Shown here piece after piece: positions 59,359 through 64,000 of a stretch of 64,000 nucleotides of DNA. The position numbers and the translations under genes are program-made. Under the pieces are notes generated by a model that did not search any database, was not told the origin of the DNA, and saw only the letters and a list, made by a program, of their open reading frames with translations. Where the stretch lies: contig NC_057718.1 in the NCBI RefSeq assembly GCF_004010195.1, forward strand, positions 5,657,807-5,721,806, read 5' to 3'. How positions within the stretch are numbered: position 1 is the first letter of the stretch; each line of letters begins with the position of its first letter. This DNA is from Chiloscyllium plagiosum (lineage: Eukaryota).

Positions 59359-61197
59359 TTTCTTTATTTTACTGCCTTTGCAGTGTTTAGATTTATTTTT
59401 GTGTTTTAAGATGGTGCTGGAAAGTGTCAACACTACAGTATAGTACAATTTTCAAAGTATTTTGTAACAAAATACATGTGACAAATAAATCAATCAAATA
59501 AAGTCAGGATGGTGAGTGGCTTGGAGGGAGACTTGCAGAAGGTGTTCCCATACATCTGCTGCTGTTGTCCTTTTAAATGAAATTTGTGCTGGTATTTAGA
59601 ACATGCTATCCAAGAATTGTTGGTGAATTTTAAAAAGCCAAGCAGTTCTGCCTGGTGTCCTGGGGAATATTTATCCCTCAACATCACAAAGACAGATGAG
59701 CTGCTATCGGTGGGTGCTTATTCTATGCACAAATTGACTACCTCGTTTCCTGCCTTACAACAGCCCAGAAAGAGGCCATTGTGCCACTGAGATGAACTCA
59801 CTTGAAATGATCCAATTCCTTCTTGAATCCATCCGTTCAAACCTGCCTCCACCATGCTTTCAGTTGGTGCATTCCAGGATACTAACCCCCTTGCTGTGTA
59901 AAAGTAAAAACCTTTAGCTCATGTTGCGACTGCAGTCTTTTGCCGATTACCTTGCATCTGTGCCCTCGGGTCCTTGATCATTTCAGCAATGTACCTATTC
60001 TGTCAGACCCTTTGAGCAAAATGGTATGTTTCGCTACTTCAAAGGGCAGTTAAGAGTCAACCACAATGCTGTGTATTAGGAGTCACATGTAGGCCAAACG
60101 AAGTAAGGATGGCAAATTTCCTTCTGTAAAGAGCATTGACGATCCATTGTAGTTGTCATGGTTATTAATCTAGATTCTTTAATTAAATTTAGCTTTGACC
60201 AAATGCTGGTATAAGTTTTGAACCACTGTTCCTGAAACATTAGGCTGGGTGTCTTGATTACCAGTCTAGTGACATTACCACAAAACCACCATCTAACCCA
60301 AGATCTCAACTCAGTGATACTTAATTGGCTGTAAAGCATTGCAGGACGTTAATAGTTATGAAAGCTGCTAAAATAATTTATTTAAAATCAACTGCTTGGA
60401 CATATTGAACTCAATGCTGTGGTAGATGAGACTTGAACCAGAACTAATGACAATACCACTATGTCACAAGAGCCTAGGTACAAATTTTCCCACTGAGCCA
60501 CCAGGGTAAGTTTGTTTTATCTACCCCATCCTCACCTACTGAGTATTGCCAGTCTTATAATTTTTAATGAGTCAGGTGTTTGCCCATTCAGACTTGAGCC
60601 CACATTTATTATTACTTTTACTATCAAAAGATTTGTTATTGTGATTTGCCTCATTACTGTTTGTGGGCTTTTGCTTTGAAGATAAAGACTTGTGTTGCTG
60701 TAATATTTGTAGCCTCAGGAAATCACAAATACTTCATAGACAGTGTTTGAAGAATAACCACTGCTTTAAGTTACAGTGTAATGTATATTGTAAGCTCCTG
60801 AAAACAGCAATTAGGTAAATGCCCAGATCATCTCTTTCACTGAAGGTAGTTGATTGACTCCACCAGGGAAAAACTCCCTTGCTCTTCTCCGTTATGCTGT
60901 GGGTTATTTTCCCTCTACCTGAGAGAGCAGATGTGATCTCATTTTAATGCCTCATCCTTTGGTTTGTGTTGTTCAATGTTCTTCAAGTATGTTTCCATTG
61001 AACAGGTCTCTTGTGCCATATCAGGAGTGCAGAGGCGAGTGAAAGGGATTAGATTTATTTTTGTGATTAAACCATGTTTGTGTGCCCTTTTTGTTTTGCA
61101 GCTTTTAAATCTCAAAACGATTATTCTTGATTGGAATATTCCTGGTAGATTATAGAACAAGACCATTGTTTGTCAGCTGTGCCATTGCGTATGGAAC

Positions 61198-61642
61198 ATG
61201 CTTTTTGTAAGTCGGACTTTGCCCATCGCTCTGAATGCCAATGGCAGGCAAACTCTCAGACTGAGCTGCCTTGTGAAGCCCGGGTTCCCGTGCCTCAGGA
61301 AATGTTTCCAGCAAGTTGCCAGGCCTGCATTTTGCTGGTCTCCCTCTGCTAACCTCCTTGCTGGCACACCAAAGCATGTACGTACCTACGTGGCTAGCAC
61401 GGAGATGGTGGAAACACTTTTTGCACAGAGCTCACTGCAGGCCTACTTGAGGAAGCTGGAACAGGAGTACACGGAGTCTGTGCAGAGGCTTAATTCCACA
61501 CAGACACCTACCAGAGAGGTGGAGGGGGAAAGGACAAAGCTGCTGAGGAGGAGAGTGACTGAGTTGGCACCGGTGATAATGAAACTTCAGCAACTGAAGC
61601 TCAAAATGCAGGAGCTGCAGGACATTGAGGCACTGCTGAAAG
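61198..61642 (+). CDS. MTRF1L: Mitochondrial translation release factor 1-like, first coding exon (presequence plus N-terminal helical domain); gene continues beyond the window
   Basis: An Arg-rich, acid-poor presequence-like N-terminus is followed by VETLFAQSSLQAYLRKLEQEY...RRRVTELAPVI...QELQDIEALLK, resembling MTRF1L/MTRF1 N-termini. Acceptor ctttttgttttgcag ends at 61101; in-frame TAG at 61153 precedes ATG 61198; donor AAAG|gtgggt after 61642 (phase 1). Lies downstream of RGS17 on the same strand, as in human 6q25. Confidence 0.8.
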
Positions 61643-61784
61643 GTGGGTGAGACTTTATTCGCTTTGTTTCCAGGATTGTATTACTTGTGAAGTTATGTAT
61701 AATGCTTCTGGAACAATTTTTGCTCTTGCCCCATATCTCCAGCAGAGTCTCCCAGCTGATTGCAAGTATCAGGAGGATTTAAAC

Positions 61785-64000
61785 GAGTAAGGTGGAACCC
61801 AGGGAGATAGTGAGGAAAGATTTCAATCTGAGATTGGTACAGTTGAGAACAAAGGCAAGTCAAACAGTCAGGGCAGGGACGGACAAAGCAGAGAATAAGG
61901 TTTGACTGATAAATTAAATTGCATTTATTTCAATGCAAGAGGCCTATAAGGGAAGGCAGATGAACTCAGGGCAAGATTAGGAACATTGGACTGGGATATC
62001 ATAGCAATTACAGAAACATGGCTCAGGGATGGACAGGACTGGCAGCTTCATGTTCCAGGATACAAATGCTACAGGAAAGACAGAAAGAGAGGCAAGAGAG
62101 GAGGGGGAGTGGCGTTTTTGATAAGGGATAGCATTATAGCTGTGCTGAGGGAGGATATTCCCAGAGATACATCCAAGAAAGTTATTTGGGTGAATCTGAG
62201 AAATAAGAAAGGGATGATCACCTTATTGGGATTGTATTATATCCCCCCCTAATAGTCAGAGGGAAATTGAGAAACAAATTTGTAAGGAGATCTCTGTTAT
62301 CTGTAAGAATAACAGGGTGTTTATGGAAGGGGATTTTAACTTTCCAAACATCGACTAGGACTGCCATAGTGTTAAGAGATTAGATGGAGAGGAATTTGTT
62401 AAGAACATGCAAGGAAATTTTCTGGTTCTGGATGTACCTACAAGAGAAGGTGCAAAAATTGACCTACTCTTGGGAAATAAGGCAAGGCAGCTGGAAATCT
62501 GTTGCTGGAAAAGCGCAGCAGGTCAGGCAGCATCCAGGGAACAGGAGAATCGACGTTTCGGGCATAAGCCCTTCTTCAGGAAAGGGCTTCTCCTGTTCCC
62601 TGGATGCTGCCTGACCTGCTGCGCTTTTCCAGCAACACATTTCCAGCTCTGATCTCCAGCATCTGCAGACCTCACTTTCTCCTCAAATAAGGCAAGGCAG
62701 GTGACTGAGGTGTCAGTGGGGGAGCACTTTGGGGTCAGTGATCATAATTCTATTAGATTTAAAGTAGTGATGGAAAAGGATAGACCAGATCTAAAAGGTG
62801 AACTTCTAAATTGGAACAAGACAATTTTGACAGTATTAGGCAAGAACTTTCAAAAGCTGATTGGGCGCAGATGTTCTCCGGTAAAGGGACGGCTGGAAAA
62901 TGGGAAGCCTTCAGAAATGAGATAACGAGAGTCCAGAGGAAGTGTATTCCTGTTACGGTGAAAGGAAAGGCTGGTAGATATAGGGAATGCTGGATGACCA
63001 AAGAAATTGAAGTTTTGGTTAAGAAAAAGAAGGAAGCATATGTAAGGTATAGACAGGGTAGATCAAGTGAATTCTTAGAAGAATATAAAGGCGGTAGGAG
63101 TATACTTAACAGAGAAATCAGGAGGGCAAAATGGGGACATGAGATAGCTTTGGCAAAAAGAATTAAGGAGAATCCAAGGGGTTAAGGACAAAAGGTAACT
63201 AGGGACAGAATAGGGCCCCCACAGATCAGCAAGGTGCCTTTGTGTGGAGCCGCAGGAGATGGGGGAGATACTAAACGAGTATTTTGCATCAGTATTTACT
63301 GTGGAAAAGGACATAGAAGATGTAGAATGTAGGAAAATGGATGGTGCCATCTTGAAAAATGTCCATATTATGGAAGAGAAAGTGCTGGATGTCTTGAAAC
63401 TGATAAAGGTGGATAAATTCCCAGGACCTGATCAAGTGTACCCTAGAACTCTGTGGGAAGCTAGGGAAGTGATTGCTAGGCCTCTTACTGAGATATTTAT
63501 ATCATCGATAGTCACAGGTGAGGTGCCATAAGACTGGCGGTTGGCTAACGTGGTACCATTGTTTAAGAAAAGTGGTAAGGACAAGCCAGGGAACTATAAA
63601 TCAGTGAGCCTGACATCGGTGGTGGGCAAGTTATTGGAGGGAATCCCCGAGGGACAGGATGTACATGTATTTAGAAAGGCAAGGACTGATTAGGAATAGT
63701 CAACATGGCTTTATGCGTGGGAAATTATGTCTCACAAACTTGATTAAGTTTTTTGAAGAAGTGACAAAGAGGATTGATGAGGGCAGAACAGTAGACCTGA
63801 TCAATATGGACTTCAGTATGGCATTCGACAAGGTTCCCTATGGGAGACTGGTTAGCAAGGTTAGATTTCACGGAATACAGGCAGGACTAGCCATTTGGAT
63901 ACAGAACTAGCTCAAATGTAAAAGACAGAGGGTGGTGGTGGAAGGTTGTTTTTCAGACTGGAGGCCTGTGACCAGCGGAGTGCCACAAGGATCAGTACTG
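61785..64000 (+). mobile_element. CR1 LINE ORF2 (AP endonuclease plus RT N-terminal part), inactivated; runs off the window
   Basis: YFNARG, WDIIAITETWL, RKDR..KRGGGVA, SDHN, PGPD.VYPR, NYKSVSLTSVVGK, QHGF, DFSMAFDKVP, SGVPQGSVL; several stops and frameshifts. Confidence 0.95.
62491..62684. mobile_element. Fold-back Penelope-derived short element inserted in CR1 ORF2
   Basis: Inverted arms; perfect direct repeat aaataaggcaaggcag at 62475-62490 and 62685-62700. Confidence 0.9.

Noticed and set aside
61986..63910. Active LINE or further MTRF1L exons
   Set aside because: All are CR1 ORF2 pieces with stops, frameshifts and an insertion.

Overview
Eukaryotic, repeat-rich, CpG-depleted vertebrate DNA, very likely a cartilaginous fish (shark), judged from HE1/V-SINE-like, SacSINE1/Deu-like, CR1 and Penelope repeats. 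Two + strand protein-coding genes are visible. (1) An RZ-family RGS gene, best called RGS17, has four coding exons (8628-8764, 12047-12148, 42420-42657, 44064-44267) that splice in frame to 681 nt = 226 aa, including a cysteine string and an RGS box; one intron is about 30 kb. (2) The 5' end of a mitochondrial release factor gene, best called MTRF1L, has a CpG-rich promoter and probable non-coding first exon near 58.1-58.4 kb and a first coding exon at 61198-61642. RGS17 followed by MTRF1L matches the known human gene order. The rest is mostly decayed retroelements and two N gaps. The most striking unannotated signal is a dense population of Penelope-like elements and short fold-back derivatives with 11-16 bp target-site duplications. 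Their termini carry minimal hammerhead-ribozyme cores (CUGAUGA-stem-GAAA-palindrome-NUH) from at least four sequence families. Other points of note: a candidate stop-containing 21-nt microexon in RGS17, uORFs in the MTRF1L leader, and a tandem array of tRNA-like Pol III heads. Gene and repeat family names rest on remembered consensus sequences, not on searches; repeat boundaries are approximate.
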